From Torpedo marmorata (taxonomy: Eukaryota), in the NCBI GenBank assembly GCA_977017645.1, contig OZ360230.1, positions 103,850,001-103,914,000 of the forward strand: a stretch of DNA of 64,000 nt. Direction: 5' to 3'. The translations under genes were made by a program, and so were the position numbers. Shown one piece after another: positions 1-13,607 of the stretch. Position 1 is the stretch's first letter. The number at the start of each line of letters is the position of its first letter. A model generated the notes under the pieces. That model ran no database searches, was not told where the DNA came from, and saw only the letters and a list, made by a program, of their open reading frames with translations.

Positions 1-642
1 AATCCCAGTAAATATTCTTCATGAATTTGATTTAAAAAAAAAGAAGTTTTAGATTAAAGCAGCACAGAGTAAAAAAAACATAAGAATCGCTGCACATAAA
101 AAGCGAAGCTACAAAATTGGCATAGCTGAAAATTCATGATTTTCTCTGAATGGAAACTTCAATTGTGTAATTTTCCAAAGGGCACTGAGCAAAACAAACT
201 CCAAATTCCAACGATGAGATATCAGTGTTGCAGAGCATTAAGAACAAATGCTTCACGTGTGCTGTGGAGACTTAAGTATTTGAAACTTTTCTTTTAAAAA
301 CTGGTCATTATTGCTAATGTTTGACCTTCCAAAGGATGCTGATTTATCTCGTCTGTTAAGATATTAATCATCTTTTTAATTTAACACCCGAAATGATGAA
401 AAATATATTTTAGAATTTATTGTACAATTAACATCTTTGAACAAGGCAGAAACATTCCAGAGGAACAGCCCACAAACGGTTACATCATAGCATCACTAAG
501 AACATAATTGAGTAGTACAAATATTTTTGGCAAAATAAAGCTTGCATTGCCACAGATATATTATTTCTTAATTCATGATAAGCCTCTAAAAACAGTCTGG
601 CCTGTATTCATTACACAAATGGTAGATGTTCTGCATTTTTCC

Positions 643-823
643 CTCCGGAGCTGTCTGTAGGGAGTTTGTACGTTCTCCCCGTGTCTGCGTGGGTGTCCTC
701 CGGGTGCTCCGGTTTCCTCCCACCCTTCAAAACATACGGGGGTTGTAGGTTAATTGGGTGTAATTGGGCAGCATGGGTTCGTGGGCCAGAAGGGCCTTTT
801 ACCATGCTGTATGTCTAAAAAAA
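643..823 (+). mobile_element. V-SINE/HE1-like SINE, 5' truncated
   Basis: Core gtttgtacgttctccccgtgtctgcgtgggtgtcctccgggtgctccggtttcctccca shared with five other copies in the window. Confidence 0.85.
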
Positions 824-892
824 CTATCCAGCAATAATTCTTCAAAGCCCTATTTCTACTTCCACTAGCTCCTTAAAATGCTAACTCCTCAA

Positions 893-1960
893 AAGAATCA
901 GAATCAATTTATTGTCATTTCATACTATATTACATGGCACAAAACTAAAAGAAGATTCTCCGAACAGTGCCCATAAATCACAAGACAAGGCCAAGACAAT
1001 GCCTCTGACAGACAAGACAAAACAAGACTGACCAAGACAGCCCCTGCATGCCACTTAGCCTATCAAGGAAGCCGCTGCGGATTTAACGCGCCGCCATCCC
1101 AAACAAGCAAGCAGCAGCATGAACACCAGACAAAACATATAACCAAGTCCAGACCACTTACCCGCCTAAGAAGCCGCAGCGATCTACGCGCCGCCATCTT
1201 AAGCACGCTTGTAGTAAGGACAAACTGAACAACTCAAAATTCACAAATAACCCCCCTCATTACTGCAGTGACTACAATACAGCAATCAGTAGGACAGACA
1301 ATAGCCTCGATACCGCAACAACATAGAAGTAGGCAAGATGTTAAACATCCACTACTTTCAGCACAGACTCAACACCCAGTCCATTTAACCCCAGAGTTCT
1401 GCGTCCCTGCGCCATTGTCCAGAAGGGGAGAGCCCCCACACATGGCCGCCAACGTCACCGCCGTCTCCCTCCAACACCGCACACCGAAGTGCCTGCTACG
1501 ACCGGTAATCCCGTCGTCCGCCCCGGCCGACCTCGCTATCGTACTCCTCCGTTGGTCTCCGCAACGTTCTCCAGTCCTTTCAGCCGCAGCTCTCCATGAG
1601 TGCCTGCGCGGAAGGGGTCTCAACTCCTGTCCATCCGAGCTCCAAAGTGGTAGTTCTGCCACTGTCTTCCGAACCCGTCCTCTGCCGCCCACACCTCGCA
1701 ACGCATCCTCACCTCGGCCGCCGACGCCACTCAACACCGAGGACTGGATGCCTGCTACTACAGTGGTGGGCCGGTCCGTTAGCAGTGCCCGGGGACCTCA
1801 CCCAGAGGTACCCCGGTGCTGTTGTTGGGTTCTAGATGATCCCCGACGCTCCATTTGTCCAATCCTCCTGCTTGTCGATTGGGCACGGCTCTCATCTTAA
1901 CGTACAACATGCACATGCCCGGAGGAGCCGCTACGAGATGCTCGTGCCATTGCCATCTCG
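893..1960 (-). mobile_element. CpG-rich non-autonomous retroelement with Rex/L2-type (TGATTC)n 3' tail
   Basis: Minus strand ends atgacaataaattgattctgattct, the same tail type as the Rex/Babar insert ending at 54029. GC/CpG-rich body with no recognisable RT; 5' boundary approximate. Confidence 0.6.
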
Positions 1961-2269
1961 TTAAGGGATGGAAGGGTGTAAGGGAAACTAAAATGTGCAT
2001 TCATGCAAACTCATACCAGAGGCCCTGTATCGTTAGAAAAAAAAATCAATTACCCAAATCGGTAACGGGGATGCAAAAGCTACACACTGCTGTTTTCAGA
2101 ACTGTTGGGGTCTGTTTGAGTTCGGGTAAAAGTTCTTTGGAAAAATAATTGAGAAAAAAAAAGAATTTGTCTTTCAAAATGTGAATGTGCAAGAAAATGT
2201 CTTCAATGTAAAAGTTTGAGACTATCGCTGTTTCTACTTATAGTTGTCTGGTCAATATTTTCCAGTGTC

Positions 2270-2610
2270 CAGAGGTAGACTATAATCTCTATGCCACTGA
2301 TTCCAATGACATATACAGCATGCCACTGATTTCAACTTCGTTAATAATCTGGGATTTTGAAAAAAACTAGTTAGTACAAACGATGACCATAAAATTCCTG
2401 AATGTGGCAAAAATCCATTTAATGCCCTTCAGGGGAGGAATAGCCATCCTCACCAGGTGTGGCCCAGATATGACACCATTTTCACCAATATGATTCACTC
2501 TCAAATGCCCCTGAAACAGCTGACCATACCACTCAACTCAAAGACAATAAGGAAAAGGCCACAAGTGCTGGTTTTGCAAGGGTTGCCCAGATCCTGGAAA
2601 GTGAAAATGT
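2270..2610 (+). mobile_element. Old SINE-like repeat with LINE-derived 3' tail
   Basis: Degenerate motifs aatgcccttcaggggaggaa...ccatcctcaccaggtgtggcc...gctggttttgcaagggttgcccagatcc; the tail is similar to the LINE end at 5770-5800. Confidence 0.5.
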
Positions 2611-4599
2611 TAAAGACTGCTCACTGTAAAGCTCAAGGTCAAAAATTGCAGCTGGCTTGTCATTGGTCAAATAAAGTTGAGTGTGAAATTGGAATCTCAA
2701 TCAAGGACTAGATTTAAATGAATATGAATGGTAGATGATCGGTGTGAAAGATCAGTTTTAATATGCATTTGTATCTCAAGTTTGAAGGAGTGTAAAGCGT
2801 ACAACATAATCAATCTCCATCGCAAAAGAAAATTGCCAACTACGACTGAATCTGTGCTGGTTGGAGGTTAAAAACAAAATTTGCATCAGTCATCTAATTT
2901 GACTTTGATGTGGTGTAAAATGCAAATGACTTCAGCTAGTCAGTATCATTTTCAATAGGTCCTGAACTCCTTTGGGGTAATTATGTCGTAATATTCTGAA
3001 TGAAACCAGAGAATATTTACATGTTTGAAGCCACATGAGTTTGCAAGGTATCTTCTGCTGAACCTCTCACTGAAGCATTTGAAAGGAGCACAAATATTTT
3101 GGTAGGTATCTGGATATTGTGATGATTCCACCATCTGGTTTAAGCCAGATTTTGAAGAAATGACTCAGGCAAAGTCCATGTTCTTCATGAACTGTAAACA
3201 TGTATTGGGATGTTCTGAAAGGGTCATTAAAGGTGTAAATGGAATGCAACATTTCGTTTGTCACTCAGCAATAAGGAGTAACTTAAGCCCGGGAATCAAC
3301 AAATTCTGCAAATGTTAGAGGAGATAACAAAGTTTATGAATATGAACTTCAAGAATAATCTTAAAAGGACAAATGCAAGTCATTGGACAGTTTAAACTTG
3401 CTCCAGATGTGAACATTATAATCAACCTTTTTTAACCATAGAACAAAAGATGCACTACAGCAAGCACTTAAATACAAGAGGAAGATGACCATATGAATTT
3501 GTCACATAGCTTTAAAATATTTTGAGGTGTCAAATCCAGACTATCTTTGCATCTTTAATGTCAATGACAGAAGTGCATTTTTGAAATTCAAGTGTAAACG
3601 TAATATTAGGCGACACTATAATAAAAAATTTCCTTAGTGTTAAAACCAAGACTCTGATAAGTTTCTGATGGTCGCATAAAGGAAGATAGGGTTATGATGA
3701 GCACCAAGTTTGCTTTGTAACCCTACTTATGATTAGTAGAATGCGTAGAACTATTTAATGCTAATGAGTGATAGTCATCATGACGAATTAACTGCAACAT
3801 AAAAAAAAAACTTTTGGGGCATTGATTGAGGAATAAAAAAAGATTTCCTCTAATAAGTTTAGCAATGCCTAACGTTGTCCTCCAACTTTAGGATGGAGGT
3901 TTGAAACCTGCACAAATAAAGAGTGGCTGTGCTTCCAAGTGGTAAAATGCAACCAATCTGATTTCAAAAGTGTTCCACAGTATATTTGCTTTCAGGATTC
4001 TGGATCGCAATGAAGGTATCATTCAGAGGTGGATTATCAGAAGAGCACAGTGCAAGCTGCTGTCACTGACTCAGAAACGTGAGAAATTAAGATGTAAAAC
4101 AAGCTGGAACAGTTCGTGTGCAAGATGCGGGTGAGTGTAAAAAGTTGCACACTTAAATAGACGCACAATTCATTCTCAAATGGTAAAATTGAAGTTACAA
4201 ATTATTATATTTCTCGCAAGATCTTTGGATAAAACCAGATCACATCCCAAGCACGAAAGACCTAAGGAAATCAATGTGAGGCAGGAATTCATCAGTTAAA
4301 TGTAACTGAAATGTTTAACATCAGATAAAAAATACAGGCTTTGGAAAAAGTTAAATACGAGTGGCCACGTGCCCTTCATCTTCTATAGAAAATGTCAGGA
4401 TAGAGTAAAGGAATCCAAAATCAGCCAAATTAGAGCTCAATTGTAGAATTAAGCTATCAACCCACAGAATTGTCAATTACTCCTGAGAAGTAAGACACTT
4501 TTCATAGAGCATGAGTATATTTTGAGAGAAATGTTTCATTCTTAATATTTATTGAATGTTAACAGCAGTTTTCTGCACAACAGGTATTACTGTTTACAA

Positions 4600-5810
4600 C
4601 AGGCAACTCACGCTGAATCCAGCTAATTGCTGCTCAATATTCAGCAAGGTGATGGAAGACATCCTCATCAGTGCTATCAAGTGGCACTCATTTGCTCACC
4701 AATGCCCAATTTCGGTTTCACCAGGATCACTCAATTCCAGACCTTTTTAAAGACTCGGTCCAAACATGGACCAAAGAGCTGAATTCCAAAGGAGATGAGC
4801 GCGACTGCCCTTGACATTGAAGCAGTGGCCTTGACTGAGTGTGGCTTCAAATAACTCCAAAAAAAATTGGGCCAGTGAGTTTCTGGGGGAAAACACGCTA
4901 ATATTTGGAGTCATACCTTGCACAAAAGGATGGTCGTGGGAGGTGGAGTATCCAGCCGAGGATGTGAATGCAGGAGTTCTTTAGTGTCCTGGTCCCAGCA
5001 ATCTTCAGCTGCTTCATCGATGTCTTTCCTTCATAAGGTCAGAGTGGGAACGTTCACTTCCATTCCTAACTCCTCAGCCAATGAAGCAGTCCGTGCTTTT
5101 CCACCCAAAACGTCAGACAATGATAATCTCCAACAAGAGTGTATCTGACCAGTTTCCGTTACATCACCATCTACATCCGAGGGGTAAGCGCTGACCAGAA
5201 ACTCAAGTGGACCAGCCACATAAACACAAAAACAGGTCAGCCATAATCTTATTAAATAGCTGAGCAGGTTTGAGTGGCCTAATTCATACCTTCAGCAGCT
5301 ACAAGTGATTCGTGACCTGAAACTCCTTAGCCTTTTCACCATCAAAAGCACAAGTTAGAGGAGATTCATGGAATTCTCTACACTTGCTCGGATGAGTGCA
5401 GTTCTAATAACTCTCAAGCTTGACACCATCCAAGTGAAAGCATTGAGCACTTCATTGATAATTCAAAATGTTCATCCCCTTAACAGAACAGTGTCTGCAG
5501 TGACCACCATCCACAAAATGGACTGCTGTTGCTCGTCTTGGCACCACACAATATCATGACCTCTACCATCAAGTAGAACAAATACACCAAGTACTTGGGA
5601 ACACTGGCACATGCAGGTCCTGACATGGAAACATACTGTTGGTCCTTGAACGTCACCAGTTCTGGAACTCCCTATGCATTAGTACAAAGGGGTGGAGGGT
5701 TACTTTCACCAGAAGGTGTGCAAAGCAGCAGCTCACCCCTGTCATCTCATGAGCATTTGTTGTTAAGACAATAAATGCTGGCTTTGCCGGGAGCACCCAA
5801 GATAAAAAAA
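4600..5810 (+). mobile_element. Degraded CR1/L2-group LINE, RT region to 3' end
   Basis: RT-like remnants (SIFSKVME, gcccttgacattgaagcag = ALDI); ends caataaatgctggctttgcc plus an A-rich tail; many indels. Confidence 0.6.
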
Positions 5811-7128
5811 ATAATAATACAGGGGAAAAAAAGGCAGGTTACGGTGAAATATTTTCATCATCAATAGAGGACACATTTGATATTCAATTTTAACATAAAA
5901 TGCTTTAAAAGTGACTTCAAATGTTGATAATCATCAGAGACAATCTCATATCGCAGGAGCAAGTTGACTGTGCACAAAACTTTAAAAATCTGCACTGGTT
6001 CGACTTGAAGCTCATCTTTTATCCATTTCTACATCCCTAACTGGCCAAATTGCCAACAGAGAGTGAATCATGTTGGTGGGAATTAAACTTTATTCAGATC
6101 AGACAAAGCTAATAAAATTTGTTTCCTTAAAGACTTTAGTAGATTGGTTGGGATTTTACAGCAATCTTGGATGCCATTACCAACACTATCTTTTTATTCT
6201 AAAGTTTATTTATTTGTATTTAAATTCTCCTGCTGTCACGATGGAATTTGAATTCATGTCCCAAAGTCGACTGAGCTGCTTTCTGGATATTCATCCAATA
6301 ATTTAATCATTAAGTTGCTCTGTGCATACTTCATCACTCGGGGCTGAATGAAAACTTCAATATTTAAACTCGTCATCACAATATCTTTCTAAAATTAAAA
6401 GTCGTCTCAGGATAGAAACTCTAAAATTTAAAATGTTAATTAAAATATTGAACTGCAAAAGTTTTCAGAAATGTATAAATTAAAATGTGGAGGCTGTGAA
6501 ACTGAACATTTCAGAATAGGTATTTTTGAACCCAGTATTAGAAATGGACAAAGCATGGCGTAATGCAAGAAAGGCAGGTCCCAGATTCAAACTCCAATTT
6601 GTGCAGCACTGAGAACAATGAAGGGTGGCAATGAGCACATTTCACTTCAATGTGAAGGGAGCAGAAACAACTCCTTCATCTTTTATTCAGATGGCTCTGT
6701 AAACATTGGGTTCACTTGGGCAACCCTGGCTTCATTAGATCACGGCTACTTCAATCGTCCCACCCATCCCTCTGCCACTCTCTGAAACTTGAAATTAACT
6801 TCTTTCAGATTGAAAACCAGCAAAACTGGGAAAGTGATAAAACATGAACTGCTTCTCTATCTGCAGATGCTACTTGATGTTTTGAGTTTCCAGCCTTTTT
6901 TCTTTTTATTTCAAGTTTCCAGCACCCATAAAGATTTTCATTTTCCTAACCGCCCATGTCACCATATTTTTGCTCATGGGTTAGAAGGGTGAGGATTTGA
7001 AATCATGACCTGCCATCATGAACATTGCATTATTTGAGATGCTGTCGTTCAATTTCGATGTTTTAAGGGCTATATTCATGCCATTTTGTCAGGATTGCCA
7101 CCACACTTCATTCATCAGTAACACTTAA

Positions 7129-7385
7129 GGCAGCACGGTTGGCGTAGCGGTGAGCACAACGCCTTTACAGAGCCAGCGATCGGGACCAGGGTTCAAATCC
7201 CGCGCTGTCTGTAAGAAGTTTGTACGTTCTCCCCGTGTCTGCGTGGGTTTTCCCCGGGGGCTCCGGTTTCCTCCCACCGTTCGAAACGTACCAGGGATTG
7301 CAGGTTAATTGGATGTAAACTGGACGGCATGGACTCGTGGGCCGAAATGGCTTGTTACCGTGCTCTATGTCTAAAATTTAAAATT
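7129..7385 (+). mobile_element. Full-length tRNA-derived V-SINE/HE1-like SINE
   Basis: Pol III A box TGGCGTAGCGG 7140-7150, B box GGTTCAAATCC 7190-7200, V-domain-like core, AT-rich tail. Confidence 0.9.
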
Positions 7386-7689
7386 CATATCCAATGTCCC
7401 CTCCCACCCAAATAGATGCAATTACAGGCACCGGGAGAGAAGTGGAGATGGCCTGGCTCTCTGATGCAAATTTATCCATGAACCGCCATGAAGCAAATGT
7501 TGCTGGGAAAGTACCTGTTCCCTGACCATAATATGCCTGGCCTATCATTCTATAAAGGATCTGTCAGTTGACAATGGATTAAGTCATTAAATTGACAGTG
7601 TTCCCCACCATTAATCAATGAAAAGCTCCTACATTGATATAGCTTGTCGCAACCTTATGACCTACTTATTTGGTCAATGAAATACTCCA

Positions 7690-8017
7690 ACTGCTGTAAC
7701 AAAGGTAAATCAGCACATGCAAGTGCAATCTGAACAGCAAACTCTCTTAAATAATATGTTCAGATAGTGGTTTTAAAATATTATTGAGATAAACATTGGT
7801 CAGATCAATGGGAATGATTCTCCTGTTCTTCAAGAAACAATCAAGGATCGTTTCTGTTCAACCATGAGAGCAGTTTAGAGGCTCAGCTGATTATTTCAGC
7901 TGAAGGATGCACTATGACAGTGTAGCACTCCCTCAGTACTCCACAGGACTGTCAACCTAGACTTTTGTGCTCTGGTCAAGAACCTGAACCAGTCACAGTG
8001 GAATGCTGCCCACTGAG
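7690..8017 (-). mobile_element. DeuSINE (SacSINE1/AmnSINE-like) remnant
   Basis: Reverse complement reads gagcacaaaagtctaggttgacagtcctgtggagtactgagggagtgctacactgtc..., matching my recollection of the DeuSINE head/Deu domain. Confidence 0.65.
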
Positions 8018-8084
8018 AGGTACCTGTCAGCAACATGTCAAATGTGTTAGTTTGCAGAGCGTGAACAGCACTGCCAAAATGCAG

Positions 8085-8712
8085 TCAGAGTTTTACACAC
8101 AGAAAAAGGCCATTCAGTCCAACTTGTCCATGTCTGCCAAACTGCCTACCTGATCAAATCCCATTTGCTTATGTTTTGCCTATATCCCTCGAATTCCTCT
8201 CTGTTCTACAACACTCTTCAGGGCCCTGTATTAGCTCTGCCCTGGTTTAACTTCTCAAAATGCAACCCTTTTCACTGTCCGTTAAATTTCGTGTCATTCT
8301 TTGGCCCACTTTTCCAATTGATCTCGATCCTGTTGTAATCTGAGAAAACCTTCACTATACTACCAATTTTGGCGTCATCTCCAAATTTGAACCATGCTAA
8401 CAACATTTCCATCTAAATTGTTAAAGATAACAAACAACAGTGGACTCCACACCGATTGCTGCAGCACATCACTGGTCTCAAGTCTCCAATTTGAATAACA
8501 ATCATCCATGACCACACTGACTCCCACCACCAAGCCAATTCTGTATCACCCTGTGATATGACCTTCCAGACCAGTCTACCATGTGGGACCTTGTCAAAGT
8601 CTTTGCTAAAGTAGACAATGTCCATTGCCTTTCCCTTGTCAATCCCCTTGGTCACCTCTTCCAAAAAACTCAAATGCATGAGGCATAATTTCCTATGCAC
8701 AAAGCCATATTT
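8085..8712 (-). mobile_element. CR1 LINE fragment (RT and 3' end, internally deleted)
   Basis: ORF 8413..8715 reads KYGFVHRKLCL..FLEEVTKGIDKGKAMDIVYFSKDFDKVPHGRLV, a CR1 RT motif. Confidence 0.85.
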
Positions 8713-9329
8713 CATTCAACCCATGTCACTGAACTCCCAATTTGCATGAAAAATGTACTGACAAGAGCAAACTGCTCAGAGACGTTCAAATTGCAGAATA
8801 GATTGGTGTATAACATTGAAACGTACTGGAATGGGGGAAGAGTGAGGTTTTGGATTTGAAAAAAATGTGTATTATGCATGCACCACAAACAGTCAGATTT
8901 GTTTCTCTGGTGAAACTCCTGGGACCAAAGCAATGTGCATTTTTCAGCAATGAAATGGTGATTCCATAAACTACAAAACCATACTGGTCACACTGCCCCA
9001 ACACACAGTGAGATACCCAACATGTTCTAAATTCTTCACCTCAAAGGAGGATGCATAATGTGAGAGACAAGAGAAAGGAAATGATGATTATCTGAAGGGA
9101 GAAGGTAAAGATTTAAGAATTGGAAAGAATGTCAGTTTATTTTAATGTGAGATTTATGTATAATACATAGGTTTTCCCAATCCCTTTATTGAGAGGGGCA
9201 GGGGTATAACTAGCAGACATTTAACTGACAGAACCTACATTAGCAATCGTGTGGTGGATTTTTGAACTCCAGGAAGATCACACTTATTTAAAGTGGTAGT
9301 CCCGGTATACAGTAGATAAGAGTAGCATT

Positions 9330-9335
9330 TTTATT
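9330..9335 (-). terminator. AATAAA overlapping an in-frame stop just inside intron 7
   Basis: AGAG|GTATGTAAATAAAAATG: read-through gives G-M-stop, with TAA sharing a base with AATAAA. Confidence 0.4.
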
Positions 9336-9337
9336 TA

Positions 9338-9481
<144 letters not shown>

Positions 9482-9849
9482 TTAACACGAGCCGAACTGA
9501 GCACAACCTGGCTCATCCTAATACAAGTGTTCTGTACAAATGGATTCCAGAAGTTAACTAGAAATAACCACAATAATCTCATTTATCTGTGAGCATGAGA
9601 TTCCATCATCCACCAGCAAAAAACAAAAATTGGTGGACAAATGAAGGTTGCCTGATACTGAGTTTGACAGCAAGATTTTATGCCACTTCCAGATATACTT
9701 AGACTACTTAAGATATCTTAAAACATAGGAGTATTCTGAATAAATCAAACCACCGCCTGCTGGAAACAAACATGTCGAGTCCAATTCTCACTCCGCACTC
9801 AGCTGTGGAGTTCGAGTAAGCTTGGGCCTCCCAGTGACCACGACAAACT

Positions 9850-10990
9850 TCCCAGAGTGGATGCTGTGACCATGGCAGACCTCCCAGAGAGGTTGCCCTG
9901 ATAACTGTGGACCTCCCAGAGCGGATGCCCTGATTACTGTGGACCTCTTAGAGCGGATGCCCTGTTTACTGTGGACCTCCCAGAGCGGATGCCCTGTTTA
10001 CTGTGGACCTCCCAGAGCGGATGCCCTGTTTACAGTGGACCTCCCAGAGCGGATGCCGTTTACAGTGGACCTCCCAGAGCGGATGCCCTGTTTACAGTGG
10101 ACCTCCCAGAGCGGATGCTCTGTTTACAGTGGACCTCCCAGAGCGGATGCCATGACTGTGGCTGACCTTCCAGAGTGGAAGTCTTGACCACAAAGGTCCT
10201 CCCAGAGTGGATGCCATGACCGTGGCCATCCTCCCAGAGTGGGTGCCTTGACCGCGGCGGACCTCCCAGCGCGGGTGCCTTGACCTCGGCGGACCTCCCA
10301 GAGTGGGTGCCTTGACCGCGGCGGACCTCCCAGAGTGGGTGCATTGACCTCCCAGAGTGGATGCCTTGACCTCCCAGAGTGCATGCCTTGACCTCCCAGA
10401 GTGCATGCCTTGACCTCCCAGAGTGCATGCCTTGACCTCCCAGAGTGCATGCCTTGACCTCCCAGAGTGCATGCCTTGACCTCTCCCAGAGTGGATGCCT
10501 TGACTTCTCCCAGAGTGGATGCCTTGACCTCCCAGAGTGGATGCCTTGACCTCCCAGAGTGGATGCCGTGACCTCCCAGAGTGGATGCCTTGACCTCCCA
10601 GATTGGATGCCTTGACCTCCCAGAATGGATGCCTTGACCTCCCAGAGTGGATGCCGTGACCTCCCAGAGTGGATACCGTGACCACGGTGGACCGCCCAGA
10701 GTGGACGCCGTGACCACGGTGGACCTCCCAGAGAGGACGCCGTGACCACGGTGGACCTCCCAGAGAGGACGCCGTGACCACGGTGGACCTCCCAGAGAGG
10801 ACGCCGTGACCACGGTGGACCTCCCAGAGAGGACGCCGTGACCACGGTGGACCTCCCAGAGAGGACGCCGTGACCACGGTGGACCTCCCAGAGAGGACGC
10901 CGTGACCACGGTGGACCTCCCAGAGAGGACGCCGTGACCACGGTGGACCTCCCAGAGAGAATGCCATGGCTACAGGAGGTCTCCCAGAAA
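9850..10990. repeat. Compound GC-rich minisatellite (32-bp / 22-bp / 32-bp blocks, core GACCTCCCAGAGNGGAYGCC) in WDR33 intron 6
   Basis: Direct reading: ggacctcccagagcggatgccctgtttactgt (32 bp), gacctcccagagtgcatgcctt (22 bp), gacctcccagagaggacgccgtgaccacggtg (32 bp). Confidence 0.97.
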
Positions 10991-12337
10991 CCAAACTGTG
11001 ATTGTTACCGGTCATCCAGAATCAAAGTTCCTAATGGCTCTGAACTCACCAGACACGAAACCCAGCTATGGATAGCCACCCAGATACAAAGCATTGAATG
11101 CAATTGTAATTAGTTATTTCCCTTAATAATTAACTAATAGCTGCAAAAATTCAATTGAAGGACATTCCACTCTGTTTGTTCGATAATCCATAACCAAATC
11201 TGCACTCCAAAGAAATTTACAATTGTGTATAATCTAGTGCCTTAATGCAGGTATGTCCACAACCAAGGTTCCACCATTTCAGACACTTCAGTTGCTGAGC
11301 TTCTGCACTGCATATGACCATACAATACCACACAAGGTGATATCAATTTGGTGAATAAACAGTGACTACAACTGCATCATAGCAGCTCTTCTACATAAAA
11401 TATCTTGGAGTATTAACACAAGTGCTTTGTATTTTTTGCTTTCTCATTCACAGAAGCAAAGGTAAGAGGGTTATTATAAAATATTACATGCTGGCTGCAG
11501 TATCTGGTTGGAGTAATGTAGTGGATTAAAGGAAACCATCTGAATTTTACTATTGTTAAAATCAATATCAAAACTAATGAGATTTTGTCATTTAAATGAG
11601 GTTATTTGGGTTGTGATATTTTTGACCTGTGTACGTGTGAAATTTATAGGTGTATTGCTACACTGAAGGTACTTGATATTAAAAGATGCGGCTCACTTAA
11701 CCACAACGAGTACGAGTATTGCAATGTTGTAAGTCTGCTCTTCAACATTCCTAGCCACGTCAATGTTAGCAGTAGTGGTGAATGCTGTTGCTAGTTTACA
11801 ATATTTTCCTTCTGCTCATGAAGGTATTTGCGTTAAATTGTGTAGTACCCCTGAGCTGCTCTTTGGCTCTTCAGGCATGCTGTCAACAGACAAGAGCCCA
11901 ATAATCAGAGCATAACCAGGACAATTAATCCATCAGCACAAAGATTTTGGAGAACGGTTTCAAAATCTGCCATTCCTGGCATTGATGGAAAATCTTTGGC
12001 CCTACTAACTGCTCACTGGCTGTTTTAACACGAATATCTAAATAGAAATGTTTTAGTATTATCTGGTGCTACTACAATGTGGTCAGTCACAATACCAGAA
12101 AAAAAAAGTGACATCCTCAATGTAATGGGTGAAATGGGATTAAAGTTTTCTAAAATAGTTTTGTTTTCCCACTCTCCAATGAAATCAAACCAGAAGCAAA
12201 AGTTACAAGCTGCAAAACCCACCATTTAATTTTACAATTTTTGCGTTGGAAATACTAAAATGATTTTAAAATTTAATCATTTTGAAGTCTTCGATCTTGG
12301 TTGTCATAGGTTGCAGATGGATGTCTGTGATTTAGTA

Positions 12338-12461
12338 TTTATTTTTAATCCCTCCACAGATCACCACCATCGGGACCTTGGTGACCACATTGGTGTTGCA
12401 ACTGGCTTTATTTCTGAAGTTTTAACCTTTATTCAGTTTTAGAAAAAAGGAAATACTTTAT

Positions 12462-12462
<1 letters not shown>
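12338..12462 (-). terminator. Cluster of four AATAAA candidate intronic poly(A) signals after the intron-6 ORF
   Basis: tttatt on + at 12457-12462, 12428-12433, 12407-12412 and 12338-12343. Confidence 0.5.
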
Positions 12463-13013
<551 letters not shown>

Positions 13014-13607
13014 TTACATTTATTTTTCATTTTTTTAAAAAAAGCATCACTTTAGGAACTGGCTTTAGAAATATCTGATCAGCCTAGGAATCTACATCAA
13101 GATAATAAACTCTTGAAGTTAGCTCAGTACATTGCCTGCACTAAACTAAATTTTCTATGATACTTCTCTGAATCTGTTTGCATATGGCTCTGCTAATATT
13201 TCAGAAATCGATTCAACTAGGCTATTTCTCCTGATGCAAAGGGCACTTAATGTTGCCATCATTAAATATTGCTGAAACAGAGAGGAGCTTTGTCATCTGT
13301 CAGCATTTGACACCAATGCTGCCACAATGTTACGCAGGAAATGAGGACATATTAGGTACTGTGCTCCAAAACATCCTCTCATTACCACAAATCCACCTCA
13401 GCAACAATAACCTCAAAGTGATGAAGTTACCCCAGTAACAGCCTGTAACTCTCTAGGCCACATGGCAGATATATATTTTTTAAATGGGAAATGGTTGTTC
13501 CCAAGTAGCATAAGCAAACTGGACCAAACCATTGGATTCCACTGACTGAAGTTAAACCTCAGAGCAACTTGAGTAGAAAAAAAGAGACGTTCAAAAAACA
13601 ATGCAAA

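Noticed and set aside
1268-1900. 210-aa + strand ORF or CpG-island promoter
   Set aside because: No recognisable domain; the high GC explains the ORF length, and the block carries a retroelement tail.
7129-7210. tRNA gene
   Set aside because: The A/B boxes belong to a SINE head that continues into the multi-copy SINE core; no full cloverleaf seen.
9850-10990. CRISPR-like array (constant core with variable linkers)
   Set aside because: Linkers are 2-12 nt and repeated within blocks rather than unique spacers; there are no cas genes and the context is a vertebrate intron.
10060-11015. 261-307 aa ORFs in three minus-strand frames as the Gly/Pro-rich WDR33 C-terminus or a new gene
   Set aside because: They are translations of a stop-free minisatellite, lie between exons 6 and 7, and do not resemble the GPQG repeats of WDR33.
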